The notes beneath the pieces were generated by a model. That model was not told the DNA's origin, ran no database searches, and saw only the letters and a program-made list of their open reading frames with translations. From a bacterium (lineage in GTDB: Bacteria > SAR324 > NAC60-12): a stretch of 64,000 nucleotides of DNA. The stretch covers positions 1 to 64,000 of the forward strand of contig CBDBHR010000027.1 of NCBI GenBank assembly GCA_965205865.1. The letters run 5' to 3'. Positions 63,750-64,000 of the stretch are shown here, in pieces (the stretch's first letter is position 1; each line of letters starts with the position of its first letter). Both the position numbers and the translations under genes were made by a program.

Positions 63750-64000
63750 TTATCCTGCATTGACCTTTTGACATTCAGCCAGAAGATCTTCTGATTTGCG
63801 AATTCCACCAGGCGTGACTGAATTGGCATAACGCACGATACCTTGTTTGTCAATTATCACGGTGGCCCGGTCCGCGATCCCATTGTCATCTAAATACAGT
63901 CCGTAACTTTCCGTCATTGCGCCTTTGGGATGAAAATCGGCGAGCAACGGAAATGAAATCCCGCCCAAGGAAGTTGCCCAGTTCTCATGGCAAAATCGAC
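63750..64000 (-). CDS. Peroxiredoxin/redoxin (AhpE-like), 5' end outside the window
   Basis: GGISFPLLADFHPKG..YG..ADRATVIIDKQGIVR. Confidence 0.8.
   Translation of the reverse strand, partial: RFCHENWATSLGGISFPLLADFHPKGAMTESYGLYLDDNGIADRATVIIDKQGIVRYANSVTPGGIRKSEDLLAECQKVNAG

Overview
Bacterial chromosomal window, probably deltaproteobacterial (SAR324-like is an impression from the gene families, not shown). A housekeeping backbone (folC, NtrY-like kinase, yihA, cobQ, aspS, lolC/E, alaS, serC, riboflavin synthase, aminopeptidase P, dapF, pgi, ilvB/ilvN) is interrupted by three accessory regions. (1) 1-2.2 kb: internally deleted IS5, IS66 and Rpn genes. (2) 16.1-32 kb: a collapsed type I R-M operon (hsdM/S/R and M48 remnants) carrying Hachiman (hamA plus hamB split by a tandem IS dimer), two AAA-ATPase/DUF4276 modules, TA remnants and an intact ISNCY element. 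(3) 41.3-52.9 kb: a type IIG/ISP-like R-M enzyme, IS5, IS256 and IS1380 remnants, a PIN TA pair, DarTG, and an RT-deleted group II intron inserted precisely into the terminal inverted repeat of an 88-bp MITE. A G/C-rich hairpin repeat family has entered coding sequences in frame (about 140 aa in Pgi, about 45 aa in AlaRS, C-termini of AlaRS and PepP). Several frameshifts are single-base homopolymer indels and may be sequencing errors. No rRNA, tRNA or CRISPR array was recognised. All family calls come from motif recognition by eye, not database searches.
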